DNA of 64,000 nucleotides from an uncultured Poribacteria bacterium (GTDB lineage: Bacteria > Poribacteria > WGA-4E > WGA-3G), in assembly GCA_958296135.2 (NCBI GenBank), contig CATQHZ020000001.1, positions 2,368,001 through 2,432,000 on the forward strand, read 5' to 3'. The position numbers and the translations under genes are program-made. This document shows, one piece after another, positions 38,890-49,173 of the stretch. Positions within the stretch are counted from its first letter, which is position 1. Every line of letters begins with the position of its first letter. The notes beneath the pieces were generated by a model, which did not search any database, was not told the origin of the DNA, and saw only the letters and a program-made list of their open reading frames with translations.

Positions 38890-40020
38890 CTACGGTGCTG
38901 TCAAGGGGAGACTCGCTAAAAAAAGCCGCCCAACATCAACGTTATATTCAAAATCTGCTGCCGCCCAAGGGCTGTTATAGCCGATGACCGGCACGTAACT
39001 TTCGTGGCGTGAGCCGTGTGAGCGCACAGAAACGGACTCCTCCGCCACGTCCAATTCGCCGAAGACGGTATCTCTATCCGCCAACACAAAGATGTCACCG
39101 ATGCGTTCAGGATGAAGCCGGAACTCGCGCGCCGCCTCTTCAACAGGATAGACTTCTTCAACGCCGTTCGCTTGCAGCAGCATCTGCACGGCGCGTTCGG
39201 TATCCGTGCGGTTTTCCAGAAAAACGTAGGCTGCACCTCCCAAATTGCCGTGGTGCGCAACATACCTGTCCTTAATAATCGGAATGGAACTCGCGGGAAT
39301 TCCCTGTTGCGTTAACCAACGGCCCGGGTCTAGCGCAGCGGTTTTCGGCAACATACCGTGGTCTGCCGTGATATAAATCTCGCGTGCCGGGTTATCATCA
39401 ACAATATCACCGATGATGCGGTCCAACCCGGCGAAATGCCGTTGAGATAACTCCGCTTCGGGTGGATAGGTGTGTTGCACCCAATCGGTTGTCGTGCAGT
39501 AGACTAAGTCTGCATCGTGCTGCCGCAGTGTGTGGCGCACGGCACGGAGCAACCACCAATTGATTTCAACCGAGTAGATAGGTTCAACGGGGCCAGCGAC
39601 TTCAATGAACGCAGGCGGCGGTGCCTCAGCGGCAACAGCGATATCTGCCCCAGCACAAAGCATCCGCAACAATTTTCTCTTCGTTACAAAGAGTGCCGTT
39701 TTCTCGGCGAAACCGGCGGCTTTGGCAACCTCAAACAGCGTCGGCGCAAGCAGAAAACGCCCATCTCTGCATAAGTCCTCAATAAACGTCCCGATACCGG
39801 TGTCCCTATCCACGTGGTAATTCGTGGTAATGCCGTGGGTCTCGGGAAACGTCCCCGTCGCAATGCTCACGTTATTGACGTTCGTGACAGACGGGACCAC
39901 GGCAGCAGCGTGCCGATAGAAGCCGGCTGCCCCCAACTTTCGGATATTGGGGATGTCGCTCGCAGCCAAATAGTCATGACTCCCCGCATCAATACAAAGA
40001 ATGAGAATTTTCCGTTTCAT
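38890..40020 (-). CDS. Alkaline phosphatase superfamily enzyme, phosphonoacetate hydrolase-like
   Basis: PSVTNVNNVSIATG, TTDWVQH, TADHGM, IGD and RSHG motifs, as in PhnA. Confidence 0.8.
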   Translation of the reverse strand: MKRKILILCIDAGSHDYLAASDIPNIRKLGAAGFYRHAAAVVPSVTNVNNVSIATGTFPETHGITTNYHVDRDTGIGTFIEDLCRDGRFLLAPTLFEVAKAAGFAEKTALFVTKRKLLRMLCAGADIAVAAEAPPPAFIEVAGPVEPIYSVEINWWLLRAVRHTLRQHDADLVYCTTTDWVQHTYPPEAELSQRHFAGLDRIIGDIVDDNPAREIYITADHGMLPKTAALDPGRWLTQQGIPASSIPIIKDRYVAHHGNLGGAAYVFLENRTDTERAVQMLLQANGVEEVYPVEEAAREFRLHPERIGDIFVLADRDTVFGELDVAEESVSVRSHGSRHESYVPVIGYNSPWAAADFEYNVDVGRLFLASLPLTAP

Positions 40021-40121
40021 GTTGTGTGTTCACCTATCGATTCTCTCTGCAAAAATTATAGCATATTTCTATTTCCGTTGCCAGAATATTTTAAGTTGTT
40101 CCCAGTGCAATTCAGTTCGCC

Positions 40122-41155
40122 CCGTAGGGCGCGGGCCTGTGCCGCGCCCTGCCGCGGTGAAAAGGCCCTTAGTCCGTAGGGCGTGGTCCTGTGTCGCGCC
40201 ATGCATCGGTCTATCAAGGGGCTTCGCGAGGGGAACCCTCGGCGATTCGCGATCGCCGGGTTTTCCCTCGCGCTACGGTGAAAAGGGGCCTCTTTCGCGC
40301 TACGGTGAAATGCTCCCTCGTCCGTAGGGCGCGGTCCTGTGCCGCGCCGTGCATCGGTCTGTAGAGAAGAGTGCCGCAGTCCTGGGGTTTCGGGTGTTTT
40401 TGGTTCGGTCGGGAGATCGCGAGGGACAGGCCCTCGCGCTACGGTGAAAGGGGCCTCTTTCGCGCGATAGTGAAAAGGGCCCCTTAGTCCGTAGGGCGCG
40501 GTCCTGTGCCGCGCCATGCTGCGGTCTATCAAGAGGGCTCGCGAGGGACAGGCCCTCGCGCTACGGTAGAAGGGGCCTTTCTTGTCGCGTGAACGATCGC
40601 GAGGCACAAGACCTCGCGCTACGGTAGAAGGGGCCCCTTAGTCCGTAGGGCGCGGTCCTGTGCCGCGCCGTGCATCGGTCTGTAGAGAAGAGTGCCGCAG
40701 TCCTGGGGTTTCGGGTGTTTTTGGTTCGGTCGGGAGATCGCGAGGGACAGGCCCTCGCGCTACGGTGAAAAGGGGCCTCTTTCGCGCTACGGTGAAATGC
40801 TCCCTCGTCCGTAGGGCGAGTCCTGTGCCGCGCCGTACGGCGGTCTGTAGAGAAGTCCCGAACATCGAGACCGGGAGGTCTCTCCTACCGGGGGACAGGT
40901 TTTCGCACGACGGTAGAAGGGGTCCTTCGTCCGTAGGGCGCGGGCCTGTGCCGCGCCGTGCATCGGTCTATCAAGGGGCTTCGCGAGGGACAGGCCCTCG
41001 CGCTACGGTGAAAGGGGCCTTTCTTGTCGCGTGGAAGATCGCGAGGGACAGGCCCTCGCGCTACGGTGAAAGGGGCCGTTTTGAGGGATCGGGGCTTCGC
41101 GAGGGACAGGCCCTCGTGCTACGGTAAAACAAGCAGTATCACCGTAGCGCGGGGG
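40122..41155. repeat. About 1 kb mosaic REP/BIME-like array
   Basis: Alternating gtagggcgcggtcctgtgccgcgcc and gcgagggacaggccctcgcgctac units; a ~125-bp block is duplicated at 40321-40448 and 40642-40769. Confidence 0.92.
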
Positions 41156-41223
41156 ATTGAGAAATAAATTAGATTTATTTCGTGGGATGTGGTATCATGT
41201 TTATAGCGTCATAGTATTTTCGC

Positions 41224-42183
41224 ATGAAACGAATGCGTCTCTATTTTATCGCAAAAATTTGGATTGGAACCGATGAAGATATCTGGAGGAATTCACAGAG
41301 TAGCATGGACAGAACAGCCGAAGTGCTGATAGAAGCACTCCCTTATATCCGCCGGTTTTATGGCAAGAAAATCGTGATTAAATACGGCGGAGCGGCGATG
41401 GAGGAAGACGCGCTCATCCACTCCGTGATGGAAGATATCGTGCTGATGAAATATGTCGGTATGCGCCCGATTGTCGTGCATGGCGGCGGACCGCGCATCA
41501 GCACATGGATGGAGAAAATGGGCAAAAAGGCACAATTTGTGCAAGGATTGCGCGTCACCGATGCCGAAACCATTGAAATCGCCGAGATGGTCCTCGCGGG
41601 TTCCATTAACAAAAGTATCGTCGCCCGGCTTAACCAACACGGCGGAAAAGCCATCGGACTCTCCGGAAAAGACGCAAACCTCGTCGTAGCCGAAAAACAG
41701 CAGATGCACGTCACCGACGAAGAGGGAAACCAGACCGCGCTAGACCTAGGCTTCGTCGGAAAGATTATCGGTATCAACACCGAGCCGATCATCACGCTGG
41801 ACACAGCCGGATACATCCCTGTCATCGCGCCAAACGGTGTTGGCGTTGACGGGCAAACCTATAACATTAACGCCGATACCATGGCCGGCGAAATCGCATC
41901 CGCACTCCAAGCCGAGAAACTCATCATGCTGACAGACACGCGCGGCATCTTGCGCAATGTGGAGGATACCGCATCCCTGATCCCCACTATCCATCTCAAG
42001 CAACTCGATGCCTTAATTGACGAAGGGCTCATCGCCGGGGGGATGCTCCCCAAGGTAGAAGCATGCGCCACCGCCCTCATCGGCGGCGTGTATAAGACAC
42101 ACATTATTGACGGTAGGATGCCGCATTCGCTCTTGCTGGAAGTCTTCACGGAAGGCGGCATCGGCACCGAAATCGTGAGGTAA
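41224..42183 (+). CDS. argB: Acetylglutamate kinase (true start probably near 41305)
   Basis: EALPYI, IKYGG, VHGGGP, GLRVTD, NINAD and GGMLPK. Confidence 0.96.
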   Translation: MKRMRLYFIAKIWIGTDEDIWRNSQSSMDRTAEVLIEALPYIRRFYGKKIVIKYGGAAMEEDALIHSVMEDIVLMKYVGMRPIVVHGGGPRISTWMEKMGKKAQFVQGLRVTDAETIEIAEMVLAGSINKSIVARLNQHGGKAIGLSGKDANLVVAEKQQMHVTDEEGNQTALDLGFVGKIIGINTEPIITLDTAGYIPVIAPNGVGVDGQTYNINADTMAGEIASALQAEKLIMLTDTRGILRNVEDTASLIPTIHLKQLDALIDEGLIAGGMLPKVEACATALIGGVYKTHIIDGRMPHSLLLEVFTEGGIGTEIVR

Positions 42184-42241
42184 GACAAACCGACCTGGGT
42201 AGACGCGGTTTGATCCGGAGACCCTCTCAAGAGGACAACAC

Positions 42242-43408
42242 ATGGCAACCCTAAAGAAAATCGCTGCAATCATCACAACCTATTTTCCACACTCGCACGC
42301 CGACGTGATTGCCACGAAATATATGAAAGGTTTCCCTACAGATGCAGGCCACCAGATGCCGCGCGTGGCACTAGCTTCTATCTATCTAGATCAGGTAGAT
42401 TCGCGAGATATTGGTGTCGGCATGGCGGCAGCGCATAACGTCCCCATCTACCCAAGCATTCGGCAGGCGTTGACACTCGGCGGCGACGAACTCGCGGTAG
42501 ACGGTATCCTACTCATCGGCGAACACGGCGATTACCCACATAACGAACTCGGGCAGCATCTCTATCCGCGCCGCTACATGTTCGAGCAAATCTGCGGCGT
42601 GTTTGCCTCAAGCGGACGCGCAGTACCTGTCTTCTGTGACAAACACCTCTCCTATAATTGGGACGATGCAAAGTGGATGTATCAACGCGCCACCGCGCTG
42701 AACGTCCCCTTCATGGCAGGTTCTTCGTTGCCGCTTTGCTGGCGGAAGCCGTTCCTTGAACATCCTTTGAATACACCTTTGGAAGCCGCCCTCAGCATCG
42801 GTTACGGCGGCATAGAGTCTTACGGTTTCCACGCGCTTGAGACAGTGCAGTGCATGAGCGAACGCCGACGAGGCGGGGAATCCGGGGTTGTTGCAGTGCA
42901 ATGCTTAGAAGGCACCGCAGTCTGGGAGGCAGAACATCCAGCCCTAGCCTTAGCCGCAACAGCCTGCGCGCAAATTGAAAACATCCCCGATAGCACCATG
43001 CAAGACAGTTGTCCCAACCCCGCGGCGTTTCTCTTATCGCACCGCGACGGGCTCCAGTCAGCCGTGCTGATGCTCAACGGCTACGTCACCGATTTCGCTT
43101 ACGCCGGAAAAACCGCCGATAAAATCTACGCCACCGAATTCTACCTGCAAAAAGGAACGCCGCATGCCCATTTCAGTTATCTCAGTCTCAACATTGAAGA
43201 GATGTTTGTCACAGGCGAACCCCAATATCCCGTGGAACGCACGTTGCTCACCACAGGCGTTTTAGATGCCGTGATGCGCTCGCGGCACGAGGGACATATC
43301 AGACTTGAAACGCCGCACTTGGCAGACATTGCGTATCGTTCCCACGAAAAACCGCTCATTCGGCCGACGGCCCCGCGTCCGGAAGGCGCGACATTAACCA
43401 CGTCGTAA
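42242..43408 (+). CDS. Conserved hypothetical protein, Gfo/Idh/MocA-like fold
   Basis: IGEHGDYP, VFCDKHLS, MAGSSLP and YGFHALE motifs. Confidence 0.75.
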   Translation: MATLKKIAAIITTYFPHSHADVIATKYMKGFPTDAGHQMPRVALASIYLDQVDSRDIGVGMAAAHNVPIYPSIRQALTLGGDELAVDGILLIGEHGDYPHNELGQHLYPRRYMFEQICGVFASSGRAVPVFCDKHLSYNWDDAKWMYQRATALNVPFMAGSSLPLCWRKPFLEHPLNTPLEAALSIGYGGIESYGFHALETVQCMSERRRGGESGVVAVQCLEGTAVWEAEHPALALAATACAQIENIPDSTMQDSCPNPAAFLLSHRDGLQSAVLMLNGYVTDFAYAGKTADKIYATEFYLQKGTPHAHFSYLSLNIEEMFVTGEPQYPVERTLLTTGVLDAVMRSRHEGHIRLETPHLADIAYRSHEKPLIRPTAPRPEGATLTTS

Positions 43409-43447
43409 ACATCCGGCCCGTAGGCGCGGTTTCAAACCGCGCACGCG

Positions 43448-43939
43448 CTACCTTTTCTCTGCAAACGCCCGCGCCAGTTTCGCCTGCGTCGCGCCCGGGT
43501 CTTCGATGATAATCCGCGCACCGCCAATAACGTCAACGAACCCCAACTCGCGCGGATAACGAGGAACGACATGCACGTGCAAATGCGCGATGCTCGCACC
43601 AGATGCCTCGCCCATATTATACCCGACGTTATAGCCGCGCGGTTGATATACCCCATCAAGCACCTCAACGCTGAGGCACTGCAGTTCGTGAAGCGCGGTT
43701 ACCTCTGCCGCCTTCAATTCGCGCACATCAAGCACATGCCGATTCGGGAAGATTAAGAGGTGCCCCGGACTATACGGATAGAGATTGAGCGAGATTGTCC
43801 AGAGGGCAGCGCGATGCACCTCAAGCCGCTCAACTTTCTCATCGTTTTGGACAATTGCACAGAGAATACATGGGACATCCGGGCGGTTCTTTCCTCTGGC
43901 ATAGCCCATTTTGTTCGGAACAAACAGGTTTTGTCGCAT
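43448..43939 (-). CDS. HIT family hydrolase (Ap4A phosphorylase-like)
   Basis: CILC, NLYPYSPGHL and HLHVHVVPR; start placed at ATG 43939. Confidence 0.9.
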   Translation of the reverse strand: MRQNLFVPNKMGYARGKNRPDVPCILCAIVQNDEKVERLEVHRAALWTISLNLYPYSPGHLLIFPNRHVLDVRELKAAEVTALHELQCLSVEVLDGVYQPRGYNVGYNMGEASGASIAHLHVHVVPRYPRELGFVDVIGGARIIIEDPGATQAKLARAFAEKR

Positions 43940-44227
43940 AACCAGGTCCTTTCTAAACAACACTTACTTACGCAAAATCCACACGTCCCGTAGGCGCGGT
44001 CTCAAACCGCGTCTACGGGGACGTTCTGTGGAAGTCCTATAAAAATATTTTGATTTTCGCTAGGAATATGATATACTATTTCCTGCGGATTTGCAAGCAT
44101 CCATTACGTAGAACCCAGAGCGATTCAGTTTTCCCCATCTGTAGTTCGGGCTCGTCCTGCTTTGCAGGAACTCGAACGGGCAGGCTCAGGGCCCGTTGTG
44201 GGTTTTCACTGTGGCCATCAAACACCT

Positions 44228-46114
44228 ATGAAGCAAAACCAAAAACTAGCACCTACAACAGACTTAACCACATGGGCATTACCGGAAGGCGCGCTCGCCC
44301 GGTTAGGACGCGGCGATATAGGCGGGATGGCATTATCGCCAGATGAGAAGTATCTAGCCGTCTCAACCCGCTGGACAGGAGTGTGCTGGCTGTATGAACT
44401 CCCAACGCTAGCCCCCATCGCGTTTTGGAAAGCAAGTGGCGGTGGCACTTTTTCACCGAATGGCCGATTATGGCTGAGGAACGCCGGAAATTGGGAGATA
44501 TGGGACGTGCAACAACGCGTTTGCATTGCCTCAATCGAAAACGTCCCGCGCGGCACCTTTTCTCCAGACGGCCAACGGATAGTGACAGACGATGACACAA
44601 AAATCTCCGTCTGGTGCGTGCAGAACGGCAAGCTGCTTCGCGAAACGAAACTGCATCCAACGAACTTAATCCGTCCCGGTAGCGTCTTCTCCCCAGACCT
44701 CGGGCTCTTAGCACGTAAGGATTACGACATTGAACGTCTGAGGGATACCTCCTTTTCAGTCTACGATGTTGAAACGGGGAACCGACTTGTCTGCATTACA
44801 GAAGTTCCCCAGACTATCATGCACTTCAACTTTTCGCCGTGTGGAAAGTTTCTCGCTGTTGGCGGGACGAAGGGCACACTTCAGGTGTGGGAGTGGGAAA
44901 GCGAACGCCTACACCTGACTACCGAATATGGAAATGGACATATCTACCCCTATTATCCGCCGACCGGGGAACTGCTTGTAGCGGCTTTATCCTGGTCCCG
45001 GCGGACAGTCGAAGTGTGGCATGTAGAGACAAACGAGCAGATTGACACGTTTGCATGCCGCGGGAAAGGCCACGCGGTTTTCTCTGAAAGCGGGGCACTC
45101 TTGGTAGTTGAGAACCCCGGTGAGCTCTACGTCTGGAGGAAAGGCGACGCGGAGGCGCACACGCTCTCAACCCTTCACGGGCATCTTTCTACCGTGGATT
45201 CGTTAGCCTTTTCATCGGACGGGATGACTTTAGCATCCGCGATTTGGGGTGGTAACGTTCTCTTATGGAATGTTTCCAGCAGGCGTTCGCAACGGCCAAA
45301 GGCAGCAGAAATTCCCGGAAGGAATCAGATTGTGCATCCATCTGCCACCGGCAAAATCCTTGTGACTGCTAGAGATGGCGAAAATGTCAAAATATGGGAA
45401 CTCGGTAAGAGTGAGCCGATTGCACAGTTTGCCGAACCGGATATCGGTTTGCACAAATCGCGCTACCGCAGACTGCGCGACGAAGCCTTATCGCCTAGCG
45501 GACAACAATTTGCCATGGGCGATAGCGAGGGCAACTTCCATGTGTGGGACTGGGCCCCACACCAAACGCCAAAACACACCCTATTCAAAGGGCCCGGAAA
45601 GGACGGCGCGTACGCGTTAGCCTTTAGTCCAGATGGAAAACGCCTCGCAAGTATAGCACACGACTGGACCGGGCGTTTGTGGGATGTTGACGCAGAGACA
45701 GAGGTAGCCAAATTGCCTTTCACGTTACCCTCAAAACCGGGAGTATTGGGCATGGCCTTTTCGCCGCGCGGAGATGTGATTGCCGGCGCACAGTGGGGCG
45801 AAATCGTCTTGTGGGATGCCACAGATGGTAAAACGCTCAGGACACTCCCCCAACGCGATGGGAATCAAAAGCAGCCGACACTCTGTTTCTCTCCATGCGG
45901 ACGCTACTTAGTGTCAGGTTCGTGGTGGCAAGAAGGGCTAAAACAGATGCCCATCCGTTTATGGGACGTTGCAAGCGGCGCGAATATCGCCACCTTCTAC
46001 GGGCATACTACCGATGTGCAGTGCATCGCCTTTTCACCCGATGGCACGTTGATGGCGACAGGTGGGCATGATGGCATTATCTTGCTCTGGGACTTGAGTC
46101 CCTATATTCAATAG
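44228..46114 (+). CDS. WD40-repeat protein
   Basis: TTWALPEGALARLGRG N-terminus and WD40 repeats; start placed at ATG 44228. Confidence 0.9.
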   Translation: MKQNQKLAPTTDLTTWALPEGALARLGRGDIGGMALSPDEKYLAVSTRWTGVCWLYELPTLAPIAFWKASGGGTFSPNGRLWLRNAGNWEIWDVQQRVCIASIENVPRGTFSPDGQRIVTDDDTKISVWCVQNGKLLRETKLHPTNLIRPGSVFSPDLGLLARKDYDIERLRDTSFSVYDVETGNRLVCITEVPQTIMHFNFSPCGKFLAVGGTKGTLQVWEWESERLHLTTEYGNGHIYPYYPPTGELLVAALSWSRRTVEVWHVETNEQIDTFACRGKGHAVFSESGALLVVENPGELYVWRKGDAEAHTLSTLHGHLSTVDSLAFSSDGMTLASAIWGGNVLLWNVSSRRSQRPKAAEIPGRNQIVHPSATGKILVTARDGENVKIWELGKSEPIAQFAEPDIGLHKSRYRRLRDEALSPSGQQFAMGDSEGNFHVWDWAPHQTPKHTLFKGPGKDGAYALAFSPDGKRLASIAHDWTGRLWDVDAETEVAKLPFTLPSKPGVLGMAFSPRGDVIAGAQWGEIVLWDATDGKTLRTLPQRDGNQKQPTLCFSPCGRYLVSGSWWQEGLKQMPIRLWDVASGANIATFYGHTTDVQCIAFSPDGTLMATGGHDGIILLWDLSPYIQ

Positions 46115-46125
46115 GAGTTCGCAAA

Positions 46126-48159
46126 ATGAACAGCGACACGACTACGTGGGCATTACCGGAAGACGCGCTCGCCCGGTTGGGCCGCGGTGACGCGTCAGCC
46201 CTCGCTTTTTCTCCAGACAGAACACATCTCGCTGTCGGAAGCGGGCTCGGGCTCTGGTTGTATGAACTGTCAACGCAGGAGCCTATCGCGCTTTGGGATA
46301 CGGAACGCGGACTGAGCCGCGATATAGCCTTTTCATCCGACAGAAAATGGATTGCAACTCGCAATTGGGATGATGTCATCAACGTCTGGGATATTCAGCG
46401 AGGTGAGTGCGTAACACGCCTAAAACTAGAGGACAGGATTTCAAATATCGTTTTTTCGCCGGATAGCCAAGGACTCGCCATCGCTTATTATCGCCAGTCG
46501 ATAGTCGAAATCCGCCATCCGGAAACCGGCGAATTGCGCGCAAAATTCTCGGATGAAACTGAAGAGATTGGCTACTCTTGTATCACCTTTGCACCTGATG
46601 CTCGCCTCTTAGCTACTACGAGAAAAACCAACAAGGACAGCGATACTGAGCTCATAGAGCTCTGGGATATGGCACGCCTGCAAAAAATTGCCTGCCTCAC
46701 CGGACACGCAAGCGGCGTGCGAGGAATCTCCTTTTCGCCGTGCAGTCGGTTCCTAGCCTCCGGCGGTAATAGAGATGGCACGGTGAAAGTGTGGGATGTA
46801 GAAAGTGGACAGCCAAGCCAGACATACGCCGATTACGGCCCCGGTTCAATGCTACCGTCCTACTCGTCGGAGGGTGTCCTCCGCGTTGTCGTAGATGCTA
46901 CCAATGCCGCGTCCATGAACCCGTGGGATGCTGCCACCGTCACTGTGTGGGATGTAGAAAGTGGAGAAAAACGCTGGACTTCAAGGTGCGCACAAAACGG
47001 TGCCATCACGTTTTCAAACGGTTCGCATCTGGCTTATGAGGGCGGCCGCGAATCTATTGATGTCTGGCACTTAGGAAAAACTCACACATGCGCCACCATC
47101 CTTTCGCATTTCCCGTTTCCGAATTCGGTGCGGTTTTCGGCCGATGGGAAGACCTTGGCGGCTGAACATCGCGCGGACGGTAGAATGTACACGCACGGCA
47201 ACGTCCTTTTATGGGATATCGCTACTCACCGCGCCCGAAAGGCAGTTGCAGCGGCGTGGACAATCCAGTACCTGCACGCGACGCTTGACGGAAAACGCTA
47301 TGTTTCAAGCATGGACAGAAACACCATTGCACTCTGGGAGGTTAGCGATGGAGAATCGAAGCACGTGATGGCATCAACCGGACACGAGAAAAATTGGGTT
47401 TGTGCGGTACTAGCACCGACAGGCACACGGCTGGCATGCGCCGATGAAGAAGGCGGACTAACCGTCTGGGACGTTCAAAGTCAGGATATCCGATGCCAAT
47501 TCGCACATCCACGCGAGTATTTGATTGACGAACATCAAATTCGGACATTGGCATATAGCCCAGATGGAAGAATCCTTTTGAGTGAAGCGGATATCTGGCC
47601 AAGTGCCCGGCTCTGGGATGTAGAACACGGAGAAGCGGTAGATGCGTTTCCCGGCAATGAAATGGATGGGACCGGCGGGTTTTCGCCGTGCGGCCGATAC
47701 CTGGTTGGCTGTTGCAGAGGACGGACAGAAATTATGGTGTGGAATATCAATCGTCGTGAAGCCCTCACGAAGATTCCTTTTCTGCGAGCACGTCGGTTCG
47801 CCTATTCGCCGTGTGGACAGTATATCGCCTGCGGCGGTGATGAAGGCGAGGCCGCTGTCCTCTTGTGGGACAGTGAACGTTGCGAAACCTACATGCGGCT
47901 GCCGCTCCCCCATGAAGGAGATTGGACACACGCACTAGCGTTCTCTCTATGCGGGAAGTATCTCGCCTGGGGCAGCGGATGGAATCGTAAAACGAAGCAG
48001 GTTACCATACAGTTATGGGAAGTTGTAACCGGTAAGAACTTCGCCACTTTCAGAGGGCATACTAGCGACATTCAGGGGCTCGCCTTTTCGCCCGATAGCA
48101 CGCTTTTAGCAAGTGCCAGTTTTGACAGCACCATTCTGCTGTGGAACACCGGCCTGTAA
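46126..48159 (+). CDS. WD40-repeat protein (paralog of the upstream gene)
   Basis: TTWALPEDALARLGRG, FSPCG repeats and terminal GHTSD...FSPD...ILLW. Confidence 0.9.
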   Translation: MNSDTTTWALPEDALARLGRGDASALAFSPDRTHLAVGSGLGLWLYELSTQEPIALWDTERGLSRDIAFSSDRKWIATRNWDDVINVWDIQRGECVTRLKLEDRISNIVFSPDSQGLAIAYYRQSIVEIRHPETGELRAKFSDETEEIGYSCITFAPDARLLATTRKTNKDSDTELIELWDMARLQKIACLTGHASGVRGISFSPCSRFLASGGNRDGTVKVWDVESGQPSQTYADYGPGSMLPSYSSEGVLRVVVDATNAASMNPWDAATVTVWDVESGEKRWTSRCAQNGAITFSNGSHLAYEGGRESIDVWHLGKTHTCATILSHFPFPNSVRFSADGKTLAAEHRADGRMYTHGNVLLWDIATHRARKAVAAAWTIQYLHATLDGKRYVSSMDRNTIALWEVSDGESKHVMASTGHEKNWVCAVLAPTGTRLACADEEGGLTVWDVQSQDIRCQFAHPREYLIDEHQIRTLAYSPDGRILLSEADIWPSARLWDVEHGEAVDAFPGNEMDGTGGFSPCGRYLVGCCRGRTEIMVWNINRREALTKIPFLRARRFAYSPCGQYIACGGDEGEAAVLLWDSERCETYMRLPLPHEGDWTHALAFSLCGKYLAWGSGWNRKTKQVTIQLWEVVTGKNFATFRGHTSDIQGLAFSPDSTLLASASFDSTILLWNTGL

Positions 48160-48345
48160 GCACAGATTTCTATAGCTGCCCGTTTTCGCCAAGGGAAAGG
48201 TTAGATATCTGCACGAATCCACCATTACCAACGAATTGTGGAAAACCGAATGCCTCGCGGGGGAAAAAGCAATAAAAAACGTGACTTTTTTGCAATTTTG
48301 TTATATACTATTCTAAAATACCGAGCGAAGCAGGAGAAAAACGCG

Positions 48346-49158
48346 ATGCCCGCACAAAATGCGCTGCTGGAAATTGCGCAAATTGACACCGATATCGCAT
48401 CTTATCTCGCCAGCATTGGCAAGATAACCCATCTGTTTCCACCGCATGACTCCGGATGCCAGTCGTTTGGCGTAACAATAGGCGGACAGCAGTGGTTCGT
48501 CAAATATAGCGACGTTCCCCAGGCAATCACGTGGCTCAAACAAGCAGTGCGTTTCCACGCAGCAATACAGCACGAAGCACTCCCTCGGTTGCATAACGTC
48601 TTCTCCACCCTTGACGGCCTCACCCTCGTCTACGACTGGGTAGATGGCGAAACGCTTCGGCCCGAACGTGAACTGAAACCCGGTGAGATGCACCCACGCG
48701 ACCGGTTTTGTGCATTGCCAACCCACGAAATCGTCGCCGCAATCAATGTCATCTATGACATGCATCTCATCGTCGAAGAAAAAGGCTTCATCGCCGAAGA
48801 CTTTTACGATGGATGCATCATCTACAACTTCAAGGAGAAGCGAATACACCTGTTCGACTTCGATCACTATCATCCGCAGCCCTTCATCAACCAGCGGGGG
48901 CGGTTATACGGCTCAACCCGCTTTATGGCACCCGAAGAATTCCAGAAAGGTGAGCGCATTGATGAGACGACGAACGTCTTCATGCTCGGACGAACAGCGT
49001 TCGTGCTGCTTGCCAACAGCAGTAACTCACCGCAGGATTGGAAAGGCACCGAAGCTACACGGCAGGTAGCCAAGAAAGCGACAAACCCCGACAGACACCT
49101 GCGGTACCCATCCGTGAGAGCTCTCGTCACCGCATGGCACACCGCACTGCAAAAGTAG
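48346..49158 (+). CDS. Ser/Thr protein kinase-like protein
   Basis: WFVK, DFYDG, DFD, GSTRFMAPEE and NVFMLG; AGGAG RBS before ATG 48346. Confidence 0.8.
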   Translation: MPAQNALLEIAQIDTDIASYLASIGKITHLFPPHDSGCQSFGVTIGGQQWFVKYSDVPQAITWLKQAVRFHAAIQHEALPRLHNVFSTLDGLTLVYDWVDGETLRPERELKPGEMHPRDRFCALPTHEIVAAINVIYDMHLIVEEKGFIAEDFYDGCIIYNFKEKRIHLFDFDHYHPQPFINQRGRLYGSTRFMAPEEFQKGERIDETTNVFMLGRTAFVLLANSSNSPQDWKGTEATRQVAKKATNPDRHLRYPSVRALVTAWHTALQK

Positions 49159-49173
49159 GAAACCAATATCACA

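Noticed and set aside
40001-41127. ORFs 40001..40327, 40056..40607, 40638..40865 and 40660..41127
   Set aside because: They are translations of the REP mosaic (RGTGPR / ARGPVPR peptides), with no RBS or domain evidence.
40122-41155. Possible CRISPR array
   Set aside because: Repeats occur in both orientations, spacers are reused and irregular, the same units are dispersed elsewhere, and no cas genes are present.
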